IMG/VR virus record: IMGVR_UViG_3300005193_000001
Location: 124,001 to 188,000 of that record
Origin: an uncultured virus (IMG/VR IMGVR_UViG_3300005193_000001)
Lineage: Duplodnaviria; Heunggongvirae; Uroviricota; Caudoviricetes
Direction: 5' to 3' (one strand)
DNA: 64,000 nucleotides
This document shows positions 1 through 9,665 of this stretch, one piece after another. Made by a program: the position numbers and the translations under genes. Each line of letters opens with the position of its first letter. Positions within the stretch are counted from its first letter, which is position 1. Under the pieces are notes generated by a model, which was not told the DNA's origin, ran no database searches, and worked only from the letters and a program-made list of their open reading frames with translations.

Positions 1-336
1 GGGCGTCAAAGCATCGAGACGATCAGGATTGTTGGTCATCATGTCGTGATTTCCGGGCGTTAAAATCACCGGAACCCGCTCTCCGAGATTGGAAAGAAAG
101 TCCACCACCATTTCCACGAGCTCGGGGCTCATGTCGGCTTTAGAGTGCACGACGTCGCCCACTACTGCGGCTATGGAATTGGGATCCTTTCTTTCGTCTA
201 TTTCTTCGTAGATCTGATCGAATACGTGCCTGTATTCGTCGTGTCTCTTAAAGTTTCTGATGTGAAGATCAGCAATATGAAAGACGTTGCTCACTTCTTC
301 CAAATCTATAGGCAGATCTTGAATTTGAGAATCCAT
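1..336 (-). CDS. SbcD/Mre11-like metallophosphoesterase (T4 gp47-like recombination nuclease), runs off the window edge
   Basis: Manual minus-strand translation from ATG at 336: FHIADLHIR...GDVVH...PGNHD metallophosphoesterase motifs; not in the ORF track because it is truncated. Confidence 0.85.
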   Translation of the reverse strand, partial: MDSQIQDLPIDLEEVSNVFHIADLHIRNFKRHDEYRHVFDQIYEEIDERKDPNSIAAVVGDVVHSKADMSPELVEMVVDFLSNLGERVPVILTPGNHDMMTNNPDRLDALTP

Positions 337-416
337 ATTAGAGAAGTGTTGTAACTGGTCCACAAATAAATATACGCCGAAGACACGGCGCGAGATGAAC
401 TCTTCTTGAAGCCTCG

Positions 417-1379
417 TTACGTGGACCAGAGGCGACGTTCAATGAGATCGGACCTGGAAAGTACCTCCGTGTTTCGAATCAATTCCCAAGTCTTTTTGAA
501 TCCGAGATCGTCCGGGTCCTTTCCTGCTGGTAAATCGACGACGCGAACACCTATTCCTTCTTCTATCAGACTCTCAGCTATGTCCGTAGCCGTGTCTCGC
601 ATGTCGGGATCAAGCACCACATTCACCAAATCCAGTGAAGCCCTTATAATCCGGGCTTCGAGCTTGTCGGAAAGACGATTTCCAAGAAGTGGAACACAGT
701 TTCTCCGGACGCTAATGGCATCGAAAGGACCTTCCACCAGAGTTAAAGGAAAGGTCCAGTTGATAGTGTTTTCAAAGGGAATAATCTTAGATTTAGGTGC
801 CGAACAATTTTTGTATTTCGGCTTTTGAGAGCTCCATATGGCTCGACCAACGATATAATTCAATTCCCCTTCGCTATCGTAACTAGGGATAACGATGCGG
901 TTCTTGTACCTTCCTTCACCGCTATAACCCATGCGATACTTCACAATATCACCGTAGTTCACGCCCCGCTTTTTGAGCCTATTGATGGCGTGCTTAAACA
1001 AAATGTCGTTCTGGTTCTCCCAAAGCGGAGTGAAATCCTCCGGTGGATCGATAGAAACGCCTTCCTCTTCTTCGTCCTCCTCGTCTTCGGAACTGACATA
1101 AGCGGGAACGTCTATAACTTCTTTAAGCCTTTCAACGAGCGTCTGTGGGGCACTGGTTTCATCCAAAAGACTGAACAAAGATCCCCCACTCTTCTCGCAT
1201 ACCCAACAGTGCCAAGCTTGAAAGGTGTCACCATCCGGGTCGAGATTTACCCACAGCTTCTTTTTGCTTTCCGGATGCTGGCACCAAGGACAACTAAAGG
1301 CGTATTCTCCGTTTCTTCCCTTCTTTTCGGACTCGCTGTCAACGGCGCTTTCTATTATGGAAATGATCTCCTCGTTCAT
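417..1379 (-). CDS. DNA primase (Zn-binding domain + TOPRIM)
   Basis: CPWC...WHCWVC zinc finger, RIVIP, PKYKN, LVEGPFDAI, VLDPD and KDPDD motifs. Confidence 0.9.
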   Translation of the reverse strand: MNEEIISIIESAVDSESEKKGRNGEYAFSCPWCQHPESKKKLWVNLDPDGDTFQAWHCWVCEKSGGSLFSLLDETSAPQTLVERLKEVIDVPAYVSSEDEEDEEEEGVSIDPPEDFTPLWENQNDILFKHAINRLKKRGVNYGDIVKYRMGYSGEGRYKNRIVIPSYDSEGELNYIVGRAIWSSQKPKYKNCSAPKSKIIPFENTINWTFPLTLVEGPFDAISVRRNCVPLLGNRLSDKLEARIIRASLDLVNVVLDPDMRDTATDIAESLIEEGIGVRVVDLPAGKDPDDLGFKKTWELIRNTEVLSRSDLIERRLWST

Positions 1380-1897
1380 TGTTGCTCAACGTAAGCGGAA
1401 CCAAGGACAATAGCGTCGGCTTCATCTTCGTGTTGCTTTCTAATATTGTCGTATCGAGTCATGGACCACTCGATACCAAATTCTTCGGACACGGCGTCGA
1501 GGATCCACTGCTTGGTGTCGTCGTAGGAATCGGGCTTAATACCACGATCAAGACGAGACTGCTTTCGAGCCGTGTTAGGATGGTATCGAAGTACGTCTTT
1601 GCCCCTTCGATTCATTTCGTACCGGATCACGGCATTGAACTCGACGAGGACGGTAATGGATCTTCTAGTAGTCATTCCACCGTACTTCTTCGCCGCATCT
1701 TCGACGATAACAACGTCCGCTTGGTTGATTTGTTTCTCTATATCTGCGGTCAGAAGCTCTACGAGATCGTAGTGCCTCCAATCGTCGGGCTTCTCTTTCC
1801 CAATCCGAGAATATCCATGGTTTTCGACCCCGTTCTCGTCTCCGGTTGCCCACCCCACACAGGAGGTAGAAACGTCAAGCGCTAAAAAATCTGTCAT
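1376..1897 (-). CDS. RuvC-like Holliday junction resolvase
   Basis: N-terminal LALDVSTSCVGWA, central VIVED and C-terminal DEADAI acidic catalytic motifs. Confidence 0.8.
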   Translation of the reverse strand: MTDFLALDVSTSCVGWATGDENGVENHGYSRIGKEKPDDWRHYDLVELLTADIEKQINQADVVIVEDAAKKYGGMTTRRSITVLVEFNAVIRYEMNRRGKDVLRYHPNTARKQSRLDRGIKPDSYDDTKQWILDAVSEEFGIEWSMTRYDNIRKQHEDEADAIVLGSAYVEQQ

Positions 1898-1914
1898 AAG
1901 GAATGTAAGTAACT

Positions 1915-2226
1915 TTATTCGATTTCCTCTCCGTTGACTCGGATTCTTCCTATCTTGGAAGATCCGTCGCCATCAAATCCAAATTTGTCTTCACCGTCGT
2001 AATTGTCAATCTTAACCTGTCTGCTCGCCCCGGCATCGCCCATGTACTTTAGCTCCTTCAAAAGAGGATAGATTTGCTTTGCGGCGAACTCGCTACATTC
2101 TATTTCTATTTTATTGTCGTGACCGAAGTTCTCGTCCTCGTCGCCTTCAATTGCATCGGAAATTTCTACTTCTTCGGTTACGATCTCTTTGAGAACTCGT
2201 CGGAGCTTGGGGTGCATGTCATTCAT
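1915..2226 (-). CDS. hypothetical protein
   Basis: Acidic ORF coupled to the upstream gene; likely start MNDMHP. Confidence 0.6.
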   Translation of the reverse strand: MNDMHPKLRRVLKEIVTEEVEISDAIEGDEDENFGHDNKIEIECSEFAAKQIYPLLKELKYMGDAGASRQVKIDNYDGEDKFGFDGDGSSKIGRIRVNGEEIE

Positions 2227-2713
2227 CGCTTTCGAGTTCTTGCAAATCCACGTGTTCATAGGCGTCGGCAAGAGTCCAGCGATTGCACCAACCCTCGGGC
2301 TCCACGTATCCTCGGATTTGAGAACACACGTGCTTGCCAGTGGTGGTTTCCGTATAAAGGAATTCGCAGGTGGCGCAACTGTACCTTGGGTCCTGAGCTT
2401 CGGCTGTATAGCCCGATTCCTCTTTGCTCATCTTGTAAGGGGGCGTACCAGTCTTCAGCAGCCAATAAAGAAGAGGTCTTTCGGAACCTGACTCCTTGTA
2501 GTCTTGGATAGCCTCTCTGACGCCTTCGTGTACTTCTTCAAGGGGAATGTCGGGGTACTGTTCCGGAGCGTCTTCCTCCTGCTCGAAAAATGTACGTATC
2601 GGTTGCATGGCCTTCTCGGTGGCTCCTTCTACGTCCTCGATATCTTCGCTTTCGAGATCTTCTCGAATGGCCTGCCGCATTACCTCCATGAGTTGTTCTT
2701 CTCTATCAGTCAT
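2219..2713 (-). CDS. hypothetical protein with C-terminal HiPIP-like four-Cys domain
   Basis: Y...CATCEFL...C......VEPEGWCNRW resembles the high-potential iron-sulfur protein Cys pattern. Confidence 0.6.
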   Translation of the reverse strand: MTDREEQLMEVMRQAIREDLESEDIEDVEGATEKAMQPIRTFFEQEEDAPEQYPDIPLEEVHEGVREAIQDYKESGSERPLLYWLLKTGTPPYKMSKEESGYTAEAQDPRYSCATCEFLYTETTTGKHVCSQIRGYVEPEGWCNRWTLADAYEHVDLQELESDE

Positions 2714-3597
2714 GTGTCAAATCTAACTACTATATTCATAGGTGTTGAATCCGGCTTTCGGATTGGCGAAGAAAGCTTTCCAATGGCTAGAAGCCTATAA
2801 TCGTCGTCATATAGCCCAATCGTGCTTATGTAGGGTTTATCTGCTACGGGCTCGTCGCCATTTAAGATCGTGGGATTGGTAGTAGCTCCAAATTCTTCTG
2901 GCTCTATGGTAACAAATACCTCGTTTTCAAAATTAAAGGTGTCGCTTCTGAATTCGATTTCGAATTCTCGAAAAATGTTGTCAAATACAGTAAGTTGATA
3001 GTCGGGAAAGGTGGTGCCTTCTTCGACTTCGATGTTCATAACATCTTTGAAGTCGTAATTCGGCCATACCGAAATGCTAGAAATGGTGGGTTGCTGCTCA
3101 TCAAAGGGGCGACGGGTGAGAACCAAAACACCGTTACTATAAAAGATATTTCCAACGACGTCGTTCGTTCCCTTTACGAGCAGATTGCCATCACCATCGT
3201 CGGTAATAGTCAAACTCTGATCCCCGACAGATGTGGAAATTTCAAGAGAACCGGGAAAAACGCGGTTGCCAAATAACTCGCTCGAAATCTTGAGGACGTA
3301 AATGAGAGGATTGTCCCCTCTCGGAAAAGTATCTAGGTCTACGTTCTGAATGTCTTCGATGCCAAACCTTTCGTAGAAGTTGCCAGTGTAATACACATGG
3401 TCTATCATGTTATAGACAGCTTGCACCGAAGTTCCGCTTTTATTTCTTGGCACAAGATCAGTGGCGAATCGCTCGTCCAAGTCCGCACCAACATGAAATT
3501 CGAAGAACTCGCTACATTCCTCGCTCGTCACTTGCCAGAGCTTGCTGGCCGGGTATTTGTTCGTCTCAAAGTCTATCGGATCTAATTTTTTGAACAT
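2710..3597 (-). CDS. putative virion structural protein
   Basis: C-terminal PYISTIGLYDDDYRLLAIGKLSSPIRK motif shared with the 4523-5575 paralog; typical of large-phage tail/baseplate proteins. Confidence 0.65.
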   Translation of the reverse strand: MFKKLDPIDFETNKYPASKLWQVTSEECSEFFEFHVGADLDERFATDLVPRNKSGTSVQAVYNMIDHVYYTGNFYERFGIEDIQNVDLDTFPRGDNPLIYVLKISSELFGNRVFPGSLEISTSVGDQSLTITDDGDGNLLVKGTNDVVGNIFYSNGVLVLTRRPFDEQQPTISSISVWPNYDFKDVMNIEVEEGTTFPDYQLTVFDNIFREFEIEFRSDTFNFENEVFVTIEPEEFGATTNPTILNGDEPVADKPYISTIGLYDDDYRLLAIGKLSSPIRKPDSTPMNIVVRFDT

Positions 3598-3610
3598 GTT
3601 GGTTCATTAG

Positions 3611-4432
3611 CTAAAAAGGAAGCTTCTCTTTTTCAGCTTCCTCTTCCTCATCATTTTCTTCCTCGTTCCAAATATCCCGCTTTTTGTAGTCGTCGTGTAC
3701 GCTCTCCAAAGCATCCATTTGATTTTCCGACAGCTTGTTACGCTGACGAAGATACTGTAAAACGTCCTGAACGAATTCGTATGAAGATCGACCTTCGTTT
3801 CGAGGACGACCAATCTTCACGTGCCTCGGGTTAGGGTAGTCTTTATCTGACCTGTCAGAAATTTGAATGTCGTCTTTCAGAACTATAGTTTCCAGAAGGT
3901 TTTCGAGTCTCTCTTCCCACCGAGAAACCCGTCTCTGCTTCTTTTTCAGAAAGTCGAGATCGGTGTTCTTGATGTTAGTTACCACCGAATCCCGCATGTT
4001 CTGCGTAAATTCGCTCTCTCCGGTCGTCAAAATGTTGTACATGTCCCGAAGAAAGCTGTCTTCCTCAATTTCAAGACGAGCTTCCAGCCACTCGATGATC
4101 TCTTCGTATTCTTCGGCATACTTCTTTCGGCGGCGCTCTTTCTTCGCCTTCTCCTTGAGGTCTTCGATCTGACGTTCTACGTTCTGCATGTGAGACCACC
4201 CGGTTCCCATCACGTGCTCCAGGCAGTCGAGGCCGACGTCGTAATTGATATCGTCGTTGTCTTCGGCTTCGATCACCGCAGTGTAGCGGAGGTGAGTTCC
4301 GCAAAAGTCACATTGATGATCATCGCTCTGGTAATTTGATCCGGCGTCGTAGACCTCGTCAAGATTAAAGTCGTGGTCCTCGACGACGTCGAGAACCTCA
4401 GTCTTCCAACTCTTGCTTGGATTAGCTTTCAT
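3611..4432 (-). CDS. hypothetical protein with CxxC...H...C zinc-binding motif
   Basis: 273-aa ORF, CDFCGTH...VGLDC; has its own promoter-like motif at 4477-4501. Confidence 0.65.
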   Translation of the reverse strand: MKANPSKSWKTEVLDVVEDHDFNLDEVYDAGSNYQSDDHQCDFCGTHLRYTAVIEAEDNDDINYDVGLDCLEHVMGTGWSHMQNVERQIEDLKEKAKKERRRKKYAEEYEEIIEWLEARLEIEEDSFLRDMYNILTTGESEFTQNMRDSVVTNIKNTDLDFLKKKQRRVSRWEERLENLLETIVLKDDIQISDRSDKDYPNPRHVKIGRPRNEGRSSYEFVQDVLQYLRQRNKLSENQMDALESVHDDYKKRDIWNEEENDEEEEAEKEKLPF

Positions 4433-4476
4433 GAACCTAAGTGGTTTGGTGAGTGGCGATTTCTCTCACTGAAATA

Positions 4477-4501
4477 AACGTAGAAACAACATGAGCGTTC
4501 C
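4477..4501 (-). promoter_or_regulatory. ECF-like promoter motif GGAAC-N16-CGTT
   Basis: One of at least 11 copies; see findings. Confidence 0.65.
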
Positions 4502-4522
4502 TTAAGTCCTGTGAAGAGATCT

Positions 4523-5575
4523 TTAAAAGTCAATGTTTATCTCTACGCATAGCGGATCTCCATTTTCTTTTTCAAAGGGCTCTGAAAGCTTAGCAACCGC
4601 AAGAAGCCTATACTGATCGTCATACAAACCAATAGTAGTAGGAAACGTGGTTCCTACCTTTTCGAATGTAACATTACCGTCGTCGTCCGAGTAAGTAGGA
4701 TTAAGAGAGGCATTAAGATCCCCATCATCGTCGGCGGTGAAAATGGCTCTAATGGAAGTTTTCTCGGCTTGGGCATAAAAGGAACTCCCTCTACTTATAG
4801 CGTCGAACAGCTTTTTGTGATTCCTCTGTCCAACGTCGGGAGATATGACGGATGGAGAATCGGCTTTTTCTGCGAGTGTCTGAGGATTGAGGATAATAAT
4901 ACCCATAGAGGGATAAACGTAACCAACGAGGTCGTCGTTCGCACCATCGAGACTTCCCGTCACCACTCTAAGCTCTCGAATCGGGTCTGGGTCTCCGCTA
5001 ACGTCAGGAATTCCGTCTACGGCCTCGTCGACAAGTTCTATCCTGTTCCCTCCGAGTTCGAGCTCCAAGCTCCAGTTTCCGGGCCTTATCCTTCTGTTAA
5101 AGGCACGACGAGCGAAGTTAATCCCATAAAATTCGTCGTCATCAAGTTCTCCAAAGAAATCGTTTCTATCCTCAGGCAGAAGAGCTTGACGATATTGATT
5201 ATAAATCGCCTTCGCTGGTTCTAGCTGATTGTTAAGGCCGATCCCTTCTTCGTTTCCATAGGTCACGTAGAATTGAGGTTGCTGCGCTTTCTCTCTTTCT
5301 TTAATGTCCGTAATGAGAAAGCTGGTCTCGGTAGCATCAAATACCTTATAAAAATAGTCTCCCAAAGCGTCGGCGTCGTCAAGCTGTTGAGTTTGGGAAT
5401 CTAACTTGAGAGGGGCTGGTTTTTCAAGGGAAAACTGAGAAAGTTCGTAACGCTCACTAGGATCGGCACCGGATTGCCTTACACCCGGCAAAATCCAAGC
5501 ACTAACCACGGTAAAGTCGTCTCTGTTGACCGTTTTGTCCGGTACGGATAAAAATATGTTGTCTACATCAAGCAT
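4523..5575 (-). CDS. putative virion structural protein
   Basis: C-terminal TTIGLYDDQYRLLAVAKLSEP, paralogous to 2710-3597. Confidence 0.65.
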   Translation of the reverse strand: MLDVDNIFLSVPDKTVNRDDFTVVSAWILPGVRQSGADPSERYELSQFSLEKPAPLKLDSQTQQLDDADALGDYFYKVFDATETSFLITDIKEREKAQQPQFYVTYGNEEGIGLNNQLEPAKAIYNQYRQALLPEDRNDFFGELDDDEFYGINFARRAFNRRIRPGNWSLELELGGNRIELVDEAVDGIPDVSGDPDPIRELRVVTGSLDGANDDLVGYVYPSMGIIILNPQTLAEKADSPSVISPDVGQRNHKKLFDAISRGSSFYAQAEKTSIRAIFTADDDGDLNASLNPTYSDDDGNVTFEKVGTTFPTTIGLYDDQYRLLAVAKLSEPFEKENGDPLCVEINIDF

Positions 5576-5587
5576 CTATGTCGTGTG

Positions 5588-6268
5588 TTAACTTATTGAT
5601 ACTACTACATCGATCTCTTGAGCTATCCCGGTTTCATTACCCACTACTATTATTTGAGTTCTCGGACCATCGGTAGGACAATCGGGATCGTCCTGAAAGT
5701 CGGAAGGATCGAGACTACTTGCGGCCCATTCAACTTCAAACTCCGTTCCTACCGCAAATTCAGTCTGGGTTTGATCTCTATCGCTCAGATAAACCGGAAA
5801 TGTAGCATCTTCGAATTCGATTTGCCCATCTTGAGTAGCGCTGATGGTGACAAAATCCGTGTCCGCAACGATAGCAGTATAACCCAACTCGTCGTCAAGA
5901 TTGGTATCTTTTCCTTCAAGCTCGGTAGCTGGAGAAAATCTCTGTATATCGCCTTCATCCAGAGAAAGAGTGGCTTCTCCAGCGGGGAAATTGACTACTG
6001 GCACCTGATTCAAGTCGTCTTCAAGAGCTATGAGTCGAAATCGGGCAGATTGCCTCTCGTCAACGAAAGCTTCAAAAAGTGGAATATTTTCTATAATATC
6101 TCCAGCTACGTCGTCGTCTTCGTTTTCTTGCCAAAGATCGTAATCCACCTCATCGTCAGCTGCAACGAATTGAGTAATATTTAGCTCGCCTTCTTCTGCC
6201 AACGCTTGTCGGCCTTCTGCCGTAAGTCTAGCTTCTACTATCGTCTTTCTGTTGTCAAGGTGTCCCAT
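5588..6268 (-). CDS. putative virion structural protein
   Basis: N-terminal MGHLDN..IVEARLTAEGRQALA...DDEVDYDLW pattern recalled from large-phage structural blocks; position in the structural operon. Confidence 0.6.
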   Translation of the reverse strand: MGHLDNRKTIVEARLTAEGRQALAEEGELNITQFVAADDEVDYDLWQENEDDDVAGDIIENIPLFEAFVDERQSARFRLIALEDDLNQVPVVNFPAGEATLSLDEGDIQRFSPATELEGKDTNLDDELGYTAIVADTDFVTISATQDGQIEFEDATFPVYLSDRDQTQTEFAVGTEFEVEWAASSLDPSDFQDDPDCPTDGPRTQIIVVGNETGIAQEIDVVVSIS

Positions 6269-6331
6269 ATCGGATAAGCTTTGTTCAAAATTAAATAGAA
6301 AAGAATATCAAGTGCAATCGAGAATAGCCAA

Positions 6332-9300
6332 TTAACAGTCGGGGCAACAGCCTTTAGGAAAGCAAGAACCCACAGGTCTAGGAATACAAAATTGAGCGTC
6401 TACGTCTTCGTTAACAGAAGTTTGAGCAACGAGAGTCTTTCCTCCGATTTGTCCATCGGGCTTTGGAACCCTACTTCTGTCGAGAGCATGAGGCTCTATA
6501 ACTATACCTTCCAGCAGACGCGCACGCGCTGGCACGCATTTTCGTACGTGATCAAAAAAGGCATCATAAAATTCGTCCACCAGTTCCATGAAAAGCTGCC
6601 TGTCCACTCCTTCCTCGTATTTGTCGGTATACATTGAATTCAGGGTCTCGACGAACGTATACCTGTCGAGATTTTGATCCCTCGGATCACCGAGAAAGTC
6701 GTTTATATCCTCAATACCAATCTCAGAAAGAATGTCTCTGTTTATTCCCTCAACAAAAGAAAAGAAAATTCCAACTTTCCTGCTATCTCTAGTGAGAGAG
6801 TCAAACTCGCCTTCAAGAGCCGTTTCTTCGGGATCAAATCTGCCCACGACGTCTACGTCCTCTATTCTAATCTTAGAAGAAAAGAAGGACTGATTTCCCA
6901 TTCTGACGGGTTTAAAGAAATTAACCCTGTTAACGAGCTCAAATTGGAACGGGCTGCTACCTTCGTTCGGGTATCCGGAAGCTTCTATACCATCCCCTCC
7001 AGCAACCTGAATCGTGGAATCGTCTTGAAAAGCATAGTTGGGCCAAAGGGAAGGATTCTGAACTTCGATCTGAGACGGGGTGTCAAGCTGAAAGAACTCC
7101 TCATTGGGTGCCTCGTTCGGTATTTCCCGATCAGTGAACAAGTTCTGGGGTTCCGGAAAATCAACAAGCACCAAAAGTTCCCTACGCAACGTGTCAAGAG
7201 ATCTTCCAAATATGTCTTTCTCGTCCAAGAGAAAGTCGTTGTCGAAGTCAATTTTTGTTGGGGCAAGAGTATGTTCATTGAAGTTTTCGATGGACAGGTC
7301 CTCCTGCCAAATCATAAACTTGTCAACGTCTCCGATGAATCCGGACCCTTCGTTGAACGTGTCCGCATCCAGATTTCCTCCAACGTAAACGTCGGGGGCG
7401 GTGAGAAAGCCAATAGCTGTCGATATATCGAGTTGTATTGAGGTTTCACGCTCGTTCGACACGTTACCGAATGGACTTTGCCTCTGGAAAAAAAGGTCAA
7501 CGTAAGGTTCGTCCTCTCGTAGCTGCACAAGAATATTGCACCATCTATTATCGAAGATTGGAGCAGAAGAAGTTCTGGCGACTTCTCGGGTTCCGTCTCC
7601 CCTTCTTACTTCCATCACGACTTCTCCATTCGGAAAATCGGCGTTCCCTTTTTCCAACCTAACTTCAAGAGCCCCCTCAATTTCGAAAAGCTTAATTGGA
7701 ACGTTGTTTTGAAATTCGGTCCTAAACCTAATTTCAATTGCCTTCGGGTATTCATCGAAAGCTCCGAACAAATCTTCATAATCCGTGAAGCTTCCAATTT
7801 GTCTTCCAGTGTTCCATCCAGACCTAATATACTGATTGGAGAAAAATGGAAGAACGTAAGTCTCGTCCTCCACTTCAGTCGTTACATTTGGATCAGCATC
7901 GGGATCTCCGGGGATTCCACCAAACTCTCTGATGGTGAGAAAGCGAGAAGGAATTCCGAAGACGGAAAGCAGAGCTTCTATTCCTTTTTCCGTGCCTTTA
8001 GTCTTGTATTTGTGAATGACCGTGTTGAGAAGCCTTCTCCAGACCTGCTGCTGAGCCTGAAATCTGGTTAGGTTGATTTTGTCGTTTACGACTTCTCCAG
8101 ACTCGTCCACCACGCTGACGGGATCGGTAACTCCACCGGGCATGTTCTCAAAGAGCTTCTCCACATTATCCTTATCAAAGAACTCGTCGAGTATTTCATC
8201 GGCATCGAACCCATTAAAGGTATCGAGTCCAAAACTCTCCACAACTTCTCTCGAAAGGTCACTGCTGAGGCTCTGTGTAGAAAAAATGTCCTGAGACTGA
8301 TCAGAAAGGAACTCCAAATGCTCAATGTAAAGCCAGTTAACATCGAACCAATGGCCGATAAGATCAATGAAAAGAACGAACTCCTCGTTCCGCTCGTCTT
8401 CCAATATGTAATCAGGGATCTGCTTTCTGAGAGAGGCGTCGTTCTCGTCGTCAAATCTTCTGGCTTCTTCAAGCTTGTCTTCGAACCAAACTTTAGTAGT
8501 CGGAGAATCGGGCTTGTACAGAGACCCGTCGTTCCGCTTAGGATAAGCGGCTTCATCGTCGTTTTCAAAAAGCCACTGTTCATAGTCGTCAAAAGTGGCT
8601 ACCAGTTCGTCCGCTTTTCTCTTTACCGTTTCCGTACGTCCGGTAACGTCTCCTTCTTGTGCAAGCTTGTTAATTTCGCCTTGGTACTGTTCGAGGAGAC
8701 GAAGCTTGAATCGAAAGTTCTTCAAACGCTCTTCAGCACTCGAATATTGAACAAAATTATCAAACTCGGAGTAGTCTACGTTGAGATCAACTCTATCCTG
8801 CATACCGAAAGCCGAGTCCGCAAACTCTTTCGAGGTTTGACCGTCCAGAATATCCTCTATGCTCTCGGAGGTGGAAGACTGATCTCCGGTAACAGAAGAA
8901 GCCGTGAAATCCGGGGGTCCCAGATCTCGAACGGGTTCGGGCTGCGTGTCGGTTTCAAGGGAAAAGCGGTCAAAATACGATTTACCCAGAAGTTCGTCAA
9001 TCCAAACTTCCTGTCCTTTCTTTACATCGACTTCTTTTTGGAGACGAACGACGGCACCAAGAATTATAGGATCTCCGTTCATAGTCTGAACATTACCATC
9101 TTCATCGGTTTTGTATACTACATCCCAATCGAATATCGGAGAAAACTCGTTATTGGCAAAATTAGCAACAAACTTAAATGGCTCCGGGCTGCTTTCGAAA
9201 AGAGACCTGAAGTCGTTTCTAAAAGCTGATGTAACGTCGCGTCTTATGCGAATTCTAACTTCGGTGTTAGAAGTCTCCTGAATCCACATTGGGCTATTTG

Positions 9301-9652
9301 GATAACTACCGAGTTCCCTACGGAAAAAGTTGTATTGTGCCACATATTGCGGGTTGTCGGGAAGATCGGCATCTTTGACGTGCTGATAGAAATCAAGTTC
9401 AAACTCCTCGTTGCTAATGGAATTAAACCCAAAATCCCGGAGCCGAGTCCAATGTTGAAGGTTGCGTTCACTGTCATAAACGGCGAATTCTACACGTTCG
9501 TCTTTTATCCCATCATCTGGATTTTCCAAAATCGGGGGTTCTGCGATATCGACGACGAATTTATCTCGAAGCTGAGAATCTACAAACTCTCCATAAAAAG
9601 GATCAAATATCCCCCGTTCGAGTTCTCCTGAATTTACAAACTTGTTTAGCAT
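6332..9652 (-). CDS. large virion/baseplate structural protein with probable LamG/concanavalin-like domain
   Basis: 1106 aa; KTKGTEKGIEALLSVFGIP...IREFGG motif; beta-rich IEIRFRT...FDNRW...FIGDVD region. Confidence 0.65.
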   Translation of the reverse strand: MLNKFVNSGELERGIFDPFYGEFVDSQLRDKFVVDIAEPPILENPDDGIKDERVEFAVYDSERNLQHWTRLRDFGFNSISNEEFELDFYQHVKDADLPDNPQYVAQYNFFRRELGSYPNSPMWIQETSNTEVRIRIRRDVTSAFRNDFRSLFESSPEPFKFVANFANNEFSPIFDWDVVYKTDEDGNVQTMNGDPIILGAVVRLQKEVDVKKGQEVWIDELLGKSYFDRFSLETDTQPEPVRDLGPPDFTASSVTGDQSSTSESIEDILDGQTSKEFADSAFGMQDRVDLNVDYSEFDNFVQYSSAEERLKNFRFKLRLLEQYQGEINKLAQEGDVTGRTETVKRKADELVATFDDYEQWLFENDDEAAYPKRNDGSLYKPDSPTTKVWFEDKLEEARRFDDENDASLRKQIPDYILEDERNEEFVLFIDLIGHWFDVNWLYIEHLEFLSDQSQDIFSTQSLSSDLSREVVESFGLDTFNGFDADEILDEFFDKDNVEKLFENMPGGVTDPVSVVDESGEVVNDKINLTRFQAQQQVWRRLLNTVIHKYKTKGTEKGIEALLSVFGIPSRFLTIREFGGIPGDPDADPNVTTEVEDETYVLPFFSNQYIRSGWNTGRQIGSFTDYEDLFGAFDEYPKAIEIRFRTEFQNNVPIKLFEIEGALEVRLEKGNADFPNGEVVMEVRRGDGTREVARTSSAPIFDNRWCNILVQLREDEPYVDLFFQRQSPFGNVSNERETSIQLDISTAIGFLTAPDVYVGGNLDADTFNEGSGFIGDVDKFMIWQEDLSIENFNEHTLAPTKIDFDNDFLLDEKDIFGRSLDTLRRELLVLVDFPEPQNLFTDREIPNEAPNEEFFQLDTPSQIEVQNPSLWPNYAFQDDSTIQVAGGDGIEASGYPNEGSSPFQFELVNRVNFFKPVRMGNQSFFSSKIRIEDVDVVGRFDPEETALEGEFDSLTRDSRKVGIFFSFVEGINRDILSEIGIEDINDFLGDPRDQNLDRYTFVETLNSMYTDKYEEGVDRQLFMELVDEFYDAFFDHVRKCVPARARLLEGIVIEPHALDRSRVPKPDGQIGGKTLVAQTSVNEDVDAQFCIPRPVGSCFPKGCCPDC

Positions 9653-9665
9653 TAATACTTTTCGT

